Shown here: positions 24,201-35,033 of the stretch, in pieces
How the letters are laid out: every line of letters begins with the position of its first letter
Position numbering within the stretch: position 1 is the stretch's first letter
The notes under the pieces: generated by a model
Databases searched by the model: none
What the model was told of the DNA's origin: nothing
Seen by the model: the letters and a program-made list of their open reading frames with translations, nothing else
Made by a program: the position numbers and the translations under genes
Assembly (NCBI GenBank): GCA_946965045.2
Contig: OX337230.1
Coordinates: 4,305,364-4,369,363 of the forward strand
Direction: 5' to 3'
Length of the DNA stretch: 64,000 nucleotides
From: Epithemia pelagica
Taxonomy: Eukaryota > Protista > Bacillariophyta

Positions 24201-25631
24201 CAGTCCAGGAGTAGGTGACACGAGTTGGTCCACCGATACCACTTGGCCTGGCCTGATTGGTTTTACCTCGGCCTCCCTGTCTCGGACTGTCTTCGATCGC
24301 CATGGCCTCTTGGTTGCCTTGGCGTATCCACATGCTGAGCATACTGGAACGTGACACTTCGCCAGCCGTCTTGGCAGCTGTCCGTCCTTGGCCATCTGTT
24401 GGAGCTTTGGAAAAGGTAGGTGTCCAAAGTCGTAGTGGCACCTCAGTAGCTCGGCTTCTGCTGATGGGACCCGTTCCTCCTCATCTGGGATGATGTCGGG
24501 TGTCTCCTCGAGTGTTGCTGCGTCCTTGGCGTTGATGTCGAATGTCCTGGGTGCCGGCGCTTCTCCATCCGCCGTAGTTGGCTCCGATTCATTTGGTTGT
24601 ATGGCGCTGTGCCAGACTGGTGGCGGCGCTTCATTTTCGGGTTCGATATCGTCGTTCTCCGATCCATCCTCGTCGTCCGAGATTATGGATGGTTTTACTT
24701 CGACGTCGTTTTCCGTCAGTGGGTTGTTGTCGTACTCGGGGTCGTCTGTTCCGGCACACTTGCAGTACTGGTGGTACTTGTCGTATCCGCTCGCGAGACT
24801 GAACGTTGCCACGTTGTTACCATATGACTCGATCGGGATCGTTCGGCGTGACTTCCTGTTGTTCCAAAAGAGGACGACTTCGGTTCCTGTGGTCGTCTCG
24901 CCTGCTCCTCCCCGTCTGTCGACGTTGTTGCGTGTTTGTGCCCAGTGCTACGGGCTCAGCAGTCGCACTCCTCCTTCTGGCACGTAATACAAATTTGGTA
25001 TGATCATGTGGTGGACTTCACCTTGATTGTCCTCCCATTTCCAATGAATTGTGCATTGCCACACGTTGAAAGTTCTCGTTCCACCGAAGCCTTTGATTGC
25101 TCTTTTGCATGGGGTGAGTGATCCTGGTATGTCTTCTCGCTTGTGCGTAATACATCCGGAACATCGATTGTCTATGCCGACCATGCGCGAGTCTGAGTCA
25201 AAGGGTGCGCATTGTCTTGCGCTGCATTTGGCTGCCATGGCAAATATGGCTGCCATGCACAGTCGTTTTCGGTTGGAGCTTTTCATTCGCGTGTGTTTTC
25301 GGTGGTGTGCTTTTGCTTTGGTGTGGATCCTGTTGTCCAGCCATTCTGCTGCTGTTTCGGTTCCTCTCCCGATGTAGTGGAGTATTTTTGACATCCATGC
25401 TTGTGCTGCCATGGTATTTTCGCTGTCCTCATCCTCGTTCCGTTCGACGATGGTTACTGCTGCGAGTATCATGTATTGGAGCAGTAGCTGGAGTGTCGTT
25501 AGGATGGTGCTTGCTGCTCTCGCTATGAGGATCGTGGCCACGATGTCTACGGTGGCGATGAAGGAGAGGGTGGAGTAGATGTTAACATAGATGGTTAATA
25601 CATTTACTTTGGCCCACTCTCTCCATAACCG
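21244..25631 (-). pseudogene. pol of the outer Copia (protease-integrase-RT-RNase H), disrupted
   Basis: In-frame TAG at 24948 in LLSP*HWAQ (expected Q). Frameshift near 23430-23460 between the integrase and RT frames. Confidence 0.88.
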
Positions 25632-26649
25632 TCATTCGTAGTCCGAGTCTTCTTGTTCTTCGATGAGCGTCTATGGCGCCGCTGCCAGCTTGAGTGCCCC
25701 ATCCTTGGTCTTCTTTTCCTTCTGTCCTTCCTTCTTGGAGGAGTCCTTCTTTGCCGCGTATCCTCGGCATTCGGACGGCTTGTGGGTCCTCCAGCGTCCG
25801 TCACACTTGCCCTTGGTCTCACTGGAGCACCAATACCATTTGGTGCCATTCCATGTCCGGAACTTGTGCATTTTGTCCGCCTTCGGTTTCTCGTTCTTTT
25901 TGAGCCACGCTGGTTTCTCCGGTTTCGTCGGGGCTCCATGTTTGTCGTTGCTCGATTTCTTTGCTGGGCCTTCCTTCTTGCTTTCGAATTTTGTGCCCTT
26001 TGACGGTGCTCGTTTCTTCAGCGATTGCACCTCCGCTTGGAGGGCTAGCACTTCCTTCTGGTGCTGCGTGGGTTGCTCCCACTCGTCCCTCATGACTTGT
26101 TTCTTGTAAAAGTTCACTGCCTTGATCATTAAATCGCGTGCCGCGGTGATGGTTGCTGTCCCATCCTCGTGTCCGTCTTCCACTTGTTGGATGTACGCTG
26201 CGAATCGTTCGTCGTTGACGGCCTTGTATCCCTTGAAGAGATTGACGATCAGGTCTGACGATGCTTGTCCGCGCAATGATAGGCCGTCCACTTGACTCTG
26301 GACATACGCATTGAATGCGATAATGTCACTGCCGTTAGTTTCGATGTACTTGTCAAGACTGGACAAGTTGAGTCGCAGTGTCGAGACTGTGGCGTGGGAG
26401 TCGAGGTAGCTCTCTCGTACCACTACCTTGAATAGGCAACCTCCCGCGTCCAGGCCATTCACTTGAGTCTGCTGCTTCCAGATTTGGATTCGCTGAATTC
26501 CTGTTGGTGACAGAGAATTCATGATCAAGTCATAGAGCATCTTAGAGTCTTTGCTTTTTCGACTGTTCCCTGCGATGAAGGATTGCTCCCATGCCGTTAC
26601 ATGGGCCAGAGTCACCCGCCCATAGTCGTTGATGAGGTCGACTTGGTTT

Positions 26650-27432
26650 TGTTACAATTCTTTCTGAATCGTAGGGACATTGATGCTCGGTAGAGCAGAC
26701 AATCAGGTAGGTCACCAACCGATACAAGCTTCTCAGGGTCAGAGAAGCAAGCAAGTCGAAGTCTATCAGAAGGATAGTCGGGACACAAAAGAGGATGTGA
26801 TAAATGGTGATATTGTTAGATTGTGTGTTGATTACTACGATAGGTCTACGTGAAATGTTCGGTCCTGCCAAGGGTCATGTGTCATAGGTTCTTGGCGGCA
26901 ACAGGTTTGGAATAGTTGGAGTTGATTCATGTGATGTATATGACATGTATATGTGGGCGGATAACATATACAGGGTCAACAGCTCTTGCTTTGGGTTGGC
27001 ATAGTTGTTTTCATGGCGCGCAGCTTGTTGACAATTTGGAGATTGTGGGAATGGAAATATGGTCTCGCGTGATCGTGTGTCGTGCTTGGGATACTTAGAC
27101 CGTTGGATCGGATAGATGCCGATAGCGCTCGGATGTCGCTTGGGCGCGCTCGATGATTTCGGGCGCGTACGCTTAGGGCGTTAGTATAATGTCCGAGCAA
27201 CGGCCAAATTTATGTCCGTTGTAATACCGCACGACCCAGTTTAGTCTTGAGAGTGAGTTCGTCAATCTATTCTCACTTTTCATGATTTGCGAAGAAATAT
27301 AGGTCGATATAGCGCGAAGCTAGGAAACATAGCTCGAAGCTAGAGGGCATGATGTGATAGCACGAGGCTATGTGACATGGGGAATCGATGAGATGTAGAA
27401 TCTAACCACCATAGACGGTGAGAATTCTAACA
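26650..27432 (-). repeat. 3' LTR of the inner Copia
   Basis: TGTTACAATT...AATTCTAACA, direct repeat of 34251-35033 (offset 7601). Confidence 0.97.
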
Positions 27433-30400
27433 CTCCCCACAACTCGTCGTTTCAGCCTTGTCATCATTGGATTTGTTGAGATCTTGAACTTCTCCTTTCC
27501 AAAACAACAATGGCTTGAGCATGGGCCAAATAGATACGAAATCCCAATGTTTGCTAAGGATATCGGCAGGGTTGGTCTTTCCATCTTTCCAGTAGAATGC
27601 AACATACTTTGCTGCGATGGCTTCACGAACTCGGTGGTATGACAGAAGATGGTGTCTCTTGGATAGTATGGAGTGAGGAACGGTTGCATTGAGCACAACA
27701 GATCTGTTATCTCCGTACAAGTAACTTCGCTCTCGGATAGGTACTCCAAGGTAGCGGAGAGAATGTCGTAATTCTGTAATCTGATCTATTGCTGTCCTTG
27801 CAGCCACAAACTCGGATCCATAGGTAGCAGTTTCCACCGTGCTCTGTCTCTTGCTGTACCAGTCAATAGGTGTTCCGTTCAACAAATGTAGAACAGCAGT
27901 GACGGATTTACCAGTGACTATGTCATGCATGAGATTGGCATCAACATAATGAGTTGTGGTAACATAGCGGCCAAGAGGTGTTGGGCAGTCTTCAGGAATA
28001 CGTTCACTTGCATTCGAATAGACAGTGCGAGTCCAATCAAATTCTTGGGTAGGAAGACTTGAATAATCAGGCTCTCCAATCCTAAATCTGATTGCGCCTT
28101 CTGGGAGATGTGCAAGGTATCCATAGATACGCTTGGCTCTATCAAGATGTCCTTTCCTCGGAGCAGCACGAAAGCGTGATAGCGTCATTGTAGCGGTGAA
28201 GACGTCGAAACGACCAATAGTGATCACCCATTGGAGTTGTCCAATCAGAGTTTGGAAATGGCTAGTACCTTCTTCATCAAGGAGCTCAGAATCATCCAAT
28301 TCAGGATGGTCTCCACCAATAAGAGGTGTTTTGGCTTTCTTGGGTTTCTCCTTGAAGATTCGTTCGAAAGTGTCCATCATCTTACCAATGTAGCGTCTTG
28401 GATCTGCTACGAATGTTCCATCAGAATCCTTGGTGTAACAACATCCCAAATGGAAATCAATAGGTCCATCTCCTTTGAGTTTGAAGTTGTATTTCTCCTT
28501 CAGGATCTTGCAGATATTCCCAGGATCAGTAGAAATAATGGCTAAGTCATCAACGTATACGGCAATGTATTCGTAACAGTCTTCTCCAGGTGCTTTCCTC
28601 ATCCAGATATCCGGATCTGCTTTGCTTGGTGAAAATCCCATGTCTGTCAAAACATCGAATAAGACATCATGCCAGCGTGCGCCTGATGACTTCAATCCAT
28701 AAAGTGCCTTGTATATAATCAGGATGTGACCTTCTAATTCCTTGAATTCAGGTCCTGCGACAATGAAAATTTTCTCCCCTGTCAAGGCTTCCAGATATGC
28801 ATTTCCAATATCTGCTCCCCATATTTCCAAGTCATTCAAAGTACCCAGGAATAAGGCAATGCGGAGGTTGCGAATGGAAACAACACCTGAATAGATTGTC
28901 TCAACAGGTTCTTTTGTGAGATGTCCATCTGCGACAAGTCTTGCTTTATGTCGTCCATCATGTTTTACGTCAAAGACAAGATGCACACGTATCTTATGAT
29001 ATCCTTCAGGTGCATTGGATACTTTCCCTTTAATGAAGATGGCTTTCCCAAAATCCTTGAATGTCTTGTAGGACTGGATCTGTGACAATTCTAATTCTGT
29101 TGCATCCTGCCACTTTGTGTTGCCATGTTGTTTATCAAGAGCAACAGCTTCCTCATAATTGCGTGGTACTTGAAATCCAAACTTATACTTGACGGAATGG
29201 TGAACTTGTTTAATCCTTGACTGTTTGGCTGCTCGAATGAGACGTTTGCTTGTTTTGACATAACGTTTCAAATGCTTCCATCCAGGTTCGTTGAGTAAAC
29301 CATGTTTCTTTCCATAAATTGCTACAGTGATCGGATCATCATTGGCGATGAGTGATAAAGGTTCATAGGTAGTCTCCCCAGTTTCCCAATCAACAAGCAA
29401 ATTATATTTGCTCCCCTTGTAATCTGGATCAGTTGTGTTCAGTGGGCCTTGATGGGCAATGACATCCCTGAACCTGAAAAGATTATCTCCAGAGGTTTGA
29501 GCTTGGTTATCTCGTTCGATATACTCCATGAGTTGATTATAAGATATCATCTCATCAACATCAGAATTTGTCTTTCGGTAAATGTACTTGACACGTTCTT
29601 CCTGTTTCGTTGCTTCTTCATTAAGATCAATGACTCGTTTGATGACACGTGCACGGTGTCGCTCCCCATTTTCTTCTGTGTCGCATAGGAATGTGCGTCC
29701 TATCATGTCGTCAAAATCGATCGTGGGCATTGGTTTGGATGGATCTTCACTATCACTGCGAATGAAGACAGTGTCAGCTTGCTTATCATTGTCATCCTTC
29801 TCAGACGAATCCTCCCCTGAAGGTCGATCCACACGTAGGTTAGGTGTAGTGGATTCAACACGGCGAACGGCAGAACGATAGATTATCTGGTTATCCTGGG
29901 TGAGAATTTTCCAAGTAAAAGAATCACCAACGTTGTGAGCAAAACCAACCCAGTGGCCAAGTTTCTCATCAGAAGAAGATGGATATGAACCGGAATTGGG
30001 TTCAGCGGGGTCGACACGGTAGTAAACCTCATCCCAGAAAGGAAAGAACAAGAGATGAGTAATGTCGGGTGGGCGACCGGAGAGAGCCTCAAGAGGAGTG
30101 CGACCGGAGTGGGTGGGTGATGACGTATGGTTCAATAAGTCACAGACATACTCAAGGCAAAGAAGCCAGGTGTTGGCAGGGCAACCAGTGGCATTCATGA
30201 GAGCGTTGGTCATACGTTTAACGGTCTGATAACGGTTTTCAGCCTTATTCTGGTGTTGATGATAAGGTTCAGATCGATACTCCCCAATAAGCAAAGTGCG
30301 AAGAATGTCTTTGACCTTTTGAGAGATGAGAGATGAACCACCATCACTGATAAGGGTCTCCATGGCACCACGAAACCGGATGTTATCCTGGAGAGTATTG

Positions 30401-33114
30401 ACAAACTGTTTGGTCGACTTGATCCCATAGATATCAGTAACCAGAGTATCTCGACCAACAAAGATTTGTGCGACTTTACCGCCATGGTCAACAGCAGGGG
30501 TGTCGGAGAAAACCGAGTCAGTAGCAACGGGTTCATGACGTCGAGGTATATTAAGGACCGGATTGCGAGCCTTGAAATGTTTCTTGAGGGTGTCGTGGTC
30601 AAAAGTAATGCTACCATTACGTGTAGTGTGCTTGAACGTATCGGCAATAACATCTTCAGATTGCCAACCAAAGAATGGACGGAACTTCTTCCAGTCATAC
30701 GCTTCCTGGTAACGACGGTGGACAGAGGCATGAAGTGTAGGATCATTACCTTCTGCGTCAGCATAGATAGAAAAGAAGGGTGCGTCGTCAGGTCCATGAT
30801 CATATGGGAGATCCAAAAGGAGATTGAGGTTACAAACAACACGATCAGTGTACTCCCCATAGTTGTCATATGGATGGTTCGACATACTACCATCAGTCTT
30901 GACGTGTTTCCAATCAGGATCATTGTCAGAGGGTGTGGGAGAATACGAATGGTCCAGAACACCAGGATCCCATGTGTCGGGTGACGTGAAGATGATCTGA
31001 GGTAAGGTATCCATGTCATCGTCGCTGGGGATACCCAAGGAGTGGATGTAGGCTAACCCATCCTTGATGTGAAGGGGTATGGCACGACCATCAAGTGTAG
31101 TGATGCGTTGTTTACCATCAACTTTAACAGATCGTTCATCAACAGCAAGTCCGAAATGCTCGAATTGACCAGGAGCATGGATAGATAAGCCCTTCCCATA
31201 ATAAGCATATTCATTGAAGATGCCGACAATAGGTCCGTCATTGGTCTCAAACTTTGCGGCACATGTGACGACAGGAAGCCCAGTAAGTTCATGGTTATCA
31301 ATACCCACAATAGTGATATGACGGCCAGTCTTAGAAAGGATGCGCATGTCAGAACCAGCAAGTCCTCCATTAGCACCACGGTCAATCAATTGATTCCCTG
31401 GTAAAGTAGATTTCCTGGAAAACAGATAGCGTGGGACATGTCCTGCTTGTTTATGCATGTTGGCTTCGAAAGTAACCTTCTTGCTTGTCTTGGACTTGGC
31501 GTTAGAAAGAACACTAGTCAGGTCAGTTGCCGGGTGATTGATATCAGTCGTCATGGCTTGGTTGATAAATTGTGTAACCGGATCTGAATCATCTGAATGC
31601 TCAGGGACTACGCCAGGTGAGTCGTCATCAGATGCAACTTGGTTGGGGTCAGGATCAGGTTCCGGATCAATGTCGAGGGCATGTGTTTGCACTGTCCTCG
31701 GTGTTGTTGATGAAGGTGCTTGAATCATCTTGTTATACTCAATGATCAACTTGCGATCTTCTTCAGAAAGTTTGAACCATAGGTCACGCGGTAGACTAAC
31801 CTTGGACGAAGAGGATGGAGATTCAGATGTCGCTTTGGTGTTGTGGACATGATACTCCATATCATCTTGTGAGGTTATGTCAGCATCTGTATCTTGGCCA
31901 TATAGTGATTCATGTTGTTTGACATGTCGACGGCGACTATGAACAGATGACTGGGTTGCTTGATCATGGTCATAAGCTGCGTCTAGAAGGAGACGGAAGT
32001 ATGATTGATAGCAAAGGGATTTTGCACCGGATTTGGTGTTCACCACATTATCCAAGATCTTGACTCGGCGGAGATCAGGTACCTTTTCTACAGCTTGCAT
32101 GAGGAAGGTCATCCTGGTATGATCAGGGATGCGATCAGACAATGTCACTAAATTGTCTAGCAAACGTAGCTGCTCTTGAAAGTGTAGAAGAAATTGACGT
32201 GTTGTTCCGCGCCATGTGTCGTCAAGACGTAGATTGGAAATGTAGTTGGTTAAGCGGAGGACTTCTCGCTTTGCTAGGTCGGATTCGGTATGCAAAGAGT
32301 GTAACTTCTGCAATACGGCACGCGCATCTTCATCATGTTCATGTTCACGTACATAGGCTCGACCTTGGTCAGTCTGAATGATACGGACAAGAACGGAGTA
32401 AAGAAATACTTGTTGCTCTTGAAAAAGTTCTTCGGCATACTCATCATCATGGGGTGGTGTGTATTTGAAATTCAGGACGTTGGATAGGCCTTGAGCCTTA
32501 GCTGTAGTCTTGAATACACGCCAGAATGAATCGTAGTATCGTTCATCCTTGAATACCTCGTATGCAGTTGCGTCGCGCTTAGTTCCCTTTCTGAATGCTG
32601 TAAGGTCTTGTTGAGATTGGGATGCGGCAGTAACTGTGCTGACAGATTTCACAGATGACGGTGACTTCATTGGCGAGACTGGGACTTGACTAGGTGGTCC
32701 CTTAGAGAAATCTGTGTTGATCCTCCAAGTGTTGAACTCTTTCCTCGTTAGGTTCATCCAGTCGCTATTGGATAGCTCGTCTTGAATTTCATTGGTCTTG
32801 TATGTGGCCCAATAAGCCAAGAGCTTGATCTGCTGTCTTGTGGGGCCTTGTAGATCATGTGTCTGTTTGTTGACCTTGTATTGTGTCAGTTCCTTCATGG
32901 ATTCCTCGGTATTAGTTTGCATATACGAGATAACATGGGTAATGTTCTCAAAACCATGGTATTTCATCCACTTCATTAAGTAGTCGGCCCTTTCTTTGGT
33001 GAAGAATTGGCAGACAGTAAATATGATGTGGTCGAATAGGTCTGTGTCCGAGACATTGTCTTGGTTATCTTCTCCCTTAGGAGTCGTAGGTGTCTTGGGT
33101 GATTGAGGATCCAT
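27427..33114 (-). CDS. Gag-Pol polyprotein of the inner Copia (1895 aa)
   Basis: Protease LIDRGANGG, integrase VATDSVFSDTP / LISDGGS / QNKAENRYQ, chromodomain-like segment, RT YKALYGLKSSG and YVDD, RNase H NPADILSK. Confidence 0.95.
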   Translation of the reverse strand: MDPQSPKTPTTPKGEDNQDNVSDTDLFDHIIFTVCQFFTKERADYLMKWMKYHGFENITHVISYMQTNTEESMKELTQYKVNKQTHDLQGPTRQQIKLLAYWATYKTNEIQDELSNSDWMNLTRKEFNTWRINTDFSKGPPSQVPVSPMKSPSSVKSVSTVTAASQSQQDLTAFRKGTKRDATAYEVFKDERYYDSFWRVFKTTAKAQGLSNVLNFKYTPPHDDEYAEELFQEQQVFLYSVLVRIIQTDQGRAYVREHEHDEDARAVLQKLHSLHTESDLAKREVLRLTNYISNLRLDDTWRGTTRQFLLHFQEQLRLLDNLVTLSDRIPDHTRMTFLMQAVEKVPDLRRVKILDNVVNTKSGAKSLCYQSYFRLLLDAAYDHDQATQSSVHSRRRHVKQHESLYGQDTDADITSQDDMEYHVHNTKATSESPSSSSKVSLPRDLWFKLSEEDRKLIIEYNKMIQAPSSTTPRTVQTHALDIDPEPDPDPNQVASDDDSPGVVPEHSDDSDPVTQFINQAMTTDINHPATDLTSVLSNAKSKTSKKVTFEANMHKQAGHVPRYLFSRKSTLPGNQLIDRGANGGLAGSDMRILSKTGRHITIVGIDNHELTGLPVVTCAAKFETNDGPIVGIFNEYAYYGKGLSIHAPGQFEHFGLAVDERSVKVDGKQRITTLDGRAIPLHIKDGLAYIHSLGIPSDDDMDTLPQIIFTSPDTWDPGVLDHSYSPTPSDNDPDWKHVKTDGSMSNHPYDNYGEYTDRVVCNLNLLLDLPYDHGPDDAPFFSIYADAEGNDPTLHASVHRRYQEAYDWKKFRPFFGWQSEDVIADTFKHTTRNGSITFDHDTLKKHFKARNPVLNIPRRHEPVATDSVFSDTPAVDHGGKVAQIFVGRDTLVTDIYGIKSTKQFVNTLQDNIRFRGAMETLISDGGSSLISQKVKDILRTLLIGEYRSEPYHQHQNKAENRYQTVKRMTNALMNATGCPANTWLLCLEYVCDLLNHTSSPTHSGRTPLEALSGRPPDITHLLFFPFWDEVYYRVDPAEPNSGSYPSSSDEKLGHWVGFAHNVGDSFTWKILTQDNQIIYRSAVRRVESTTPNLRVDRPSGEDSSEKDDNDKQADTVFIRSDSEDPSKPMPTIDFDDMIGRTFLCDTEENGERHRARVIKRVIDLNEEATKQEERVKYIYRKTNSDVDEMISYNQLMEYIERDNQAQTSGDNLFRFRDVIAHQGPLNTTDPDYKGSKYNLLVDWETGETTYEPLSLIANDDPITVAIYGKKHGLLNEPGWKHLKRYVKTSKRLIRAAKQSRIKQVHHSVKYKFGFQVPRNYEEAVALDKQHGNTKWQDATELELSQIQSYKTFKDFGKAIFIKGKVSNAPEGYHKIRVHLVFDVKHDGRHKARLVADGHLTKEPVETIYSGVVSIRNLRIALFLGTLNDLEIWGADIGNAYLEALTGEKIFIVAGPEFKELEGHILIIYKALYGLKSSGARWHDVLFDVLTDMGFSPSKADPDIWMRKAPGEDCYEYIAVYVDDLAIISTDPGNICKILKEKYNFKLKGDGPIDFHLGCCYTKDSDGTFVADPRRYIGKMMDTFERIFKEKPKKAKTPLIGGDHPELDDSELLDEEGTSHFQTLIGQLQWVITIGRFDVFTATMTLSRFRAAPRKGHLDRAKRIYGYLAHLPEGAIRFRIGEPDYSSLPTQEFDWTRTVYSNASERIPEDCPTPLGRYVTTTHYVDANLMHDIVTGKSVTAVLHLLNGTPIDWYSKRQSTVETATYGSEFVAARTAIDQITELRHSLRYLGVPIRERSYLYGDNRSVVLNATVPHSILSKRHHLLSYHRVREAIAAKYVAFYWKDGKTNPADILSKHWDFVSIWPMLKPLLFWKGEVQDLNKSNDDKAETTSCGEC

Positions 33115-33434
33115 GGTGTTATTTGGTTGGTTCGATGTTTATTTAATGTGCGGTGTGATGTGGTTTATTTAATGTGTGATGTGATGTGAACCCGGATGTA
33201 CCACGTGTGCCACGTATGTACCACGTATGTGATACCCGGATGTGTGTTGTGATGTGCGACTCCTGGAAATTTCCGTTGATTTCGACAAATTTTCGCCGAG
33301 TTTCAACAAATTTTCGCCGAATTTTCGCGATTTGACGGGAATGTGTGGCGTGTTGTGCGACCAAGGGTACCCGGATGTGCGTTGAGTTTAAGTCTTGGAA
33401 AGGTTTTGAGAGGACGGGAGTTAACTATGAGTAA

Positions 33435-34214
33435 TTAAGCTTCGGTCTCCGAATCCTCACCCTCTTCCGAATGATCAGAGTCGCTTCCAGGCTCAGATGG
33501 GGCAGCACAAGCAACAGAAGAAGGGGAATCACCTTCAGCCAGGTGGTTCTCGACCTCGGCACGCAAAGGGTAGATAGTTGCACGATGGTCCTCGATGGTA
33601 TGGACCTCGTGGATGTAGGCAACGTAGTTATCTAGGCGTACAACGTTAGGAGGCAGAGGGCAAGTCGTCGCGTTCACGACGTGGATGGTATTGTAGTATC
33701 CAGTTGGGCGCTCGAAGGTTAGGAAGCGGAGGTGGACAGTACGGATGGGGTTGCCCGAGAGGGCGGCAAAGATGAGGCGACGCCTCGGAGAACGATGAAG
33801 TTGGTCGTTCAGACGGTCAATGTCTTCTTGGTCGACGATGTGGGTCACCGATTGGAACTGGCGTTCGATCTGGGTCTCCCCACGGATGATCTCGGGATCG
33901 AAGGTCGAACAAGTTGGTTGGCGGAAGTACTTGATATGATCAGCAATCAACCGGGTGGTACGACGGGATCGAGAAGGGACGAGCCGACGAGGCGGACTCG
34001 GGGGCCGAAGCAACGGCGCAGGGATTGGAGCGTGAGGCTGGGTTGGAGTCTCGAATGGGTTGCTGTTGGAACTGTCGACGGAGATGTTGACCGATGTGTT
34101 GGCTGCCTTCGGCGTCGGCACCAGTTCCTGCTGCACCAGGGTATCGGGCTGCCCGGGATGCAGGTTGGCTCGATAGATCTGTCGTACAGGAGTGATAATC
34201 TCGTTAGTATCCAT
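33435..34214 (-). CDS. Additional sense-strand ORF (259 aa) between the 5' LTR/PBS and gag-pol of the inner Copia; unknown function
   Basis: ATG 36 nt after the LTR, open for 780 nt; Pro/Arg/Ser-rich N-half and a more complex C-half. No recognised domain. Confidence 0.5.
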   Translation of the reverse strand: MDTNEIITPVRQIYRANLHPGQPDTLVQQELVPTPKAANTSVNISVDSSNSNPFETPTQPHAPIPAPLLRPPSPPRRLVPSRSRRTTRLIADHIKYFRQPTCSTFDPEIIRGETQIERQFQSVTHIVDQEDIDRLNDQLHRSPRRRLIFAALSGNPIRTVHLRFLTFERPTGYYNTIHVVNATTCPLPPNVVRLDNYVAYIHEVHTIEDHRATIYPLRAEVENHLAEGDSPSSVACAAPSEPGSDSDHSEEGEDSETEA

Positions 34215-34230
34215 GAAACCACAAGGAAAT

Positions 34231-34250
34231 AAGCTTTGAGACTGTTAATC
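34231..34250 (-). promoter_or_regulatory. Putative primer-binding site complementary to a tRNA-Asn(GTT) anticodon arm
   Basis: The plus strand reads GAGACTGTTAATC directly before the LTR, i.e. an anticodon stem-loop with CT-GTT-AA. Confidence 0.6.
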
Positions 34251-35033
34251 TGTTACAATTCTTTCTGAATCGTAGGGACATTGATGCTCGGTAGAGCAGA
34301 CAATCAGGTAGGTCACCAACCGATACAAGCTTCTCAGGGTCAGAGAAGCAAGCAAGTCGAAGTCTATCAGAAGGATAGTCGGGACACAAAAGAGGATGTG
34401 ATAAATGGTGATATTGTTAGATTGTGTGTTGATTACTACGATAGGTCTACGTGAAATGTTCGGTCCTGCCAAGGGTCATGTGTCATAGGTTCTTGGCGGC
34501 AACAGGTTTGGAATAGTTGGAGTTGATTCATGTGATGTATATGACATGTATATGTGGGCGGATAACATATACAGGGTCAACAGCTCTTGCTTTGGGTTGG
34601 CATAGTTGTTTTCATGGCGCGCAGCTTGTTGACAATTTGGAGATTGTGGGAATGGAAATATGGTCTCGCGTGATCGTGTGTCGTGCTTGGGATACTTAGA
34701 CCGTTGGATCGGATAGATGCCGATAGCGCTCGGATGTCGCTTGGGCGCGCTCGATGATTTCGGGCGCGTACGCTTAGGGCGTTAGTATAATGTCCGAGCA
34801 ACGGCCAAATTTATGTCCGTTGTAATACCGCACGACCCAGTTTAGTCTTGAGAGTGAGTTCGTCAATCTATTCTCACTTTTCATGATTTGCGAAGAAATA
34901 TAGGTCGATATAGCGCGAAGCTAGGAAACATAGCTCGAAGCTAGAGGGCATGATGTGATAGCACGAGGCTATGTGACATGGGGAATCGATGAGATGTAGA
35001 ATCTAACCACCATAGACGGTGAGAATTCTAACA
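34251..35033 (-). repeat. 5' LTR of the inner Copia
   Basis: Direct repeat of 26650-27432. Confidence 0.97.

Larger units (their letters stand above)
26650..35033 (-). mobile_element. Inner Ty1/Copia LTR retrotransposon (CoDi-I-like), apparently intact and recent
   Basis: 783-bp LTRs at 26650-27432 and 34251-35033, identical as far as checked by eye. 5-bp TSD GGTTT at 26645-26649 and 35034-35038. PPT GAGTTGTGGGGAG before the 3' LTR. Uninterrupted gag-pol. Confidence 0.97.

Noticed and set aside
26542-27200. Small ORFs repeated at 34245-34801
   Set aside because: They lie within the LTRs and repeat only because the LTRs do.
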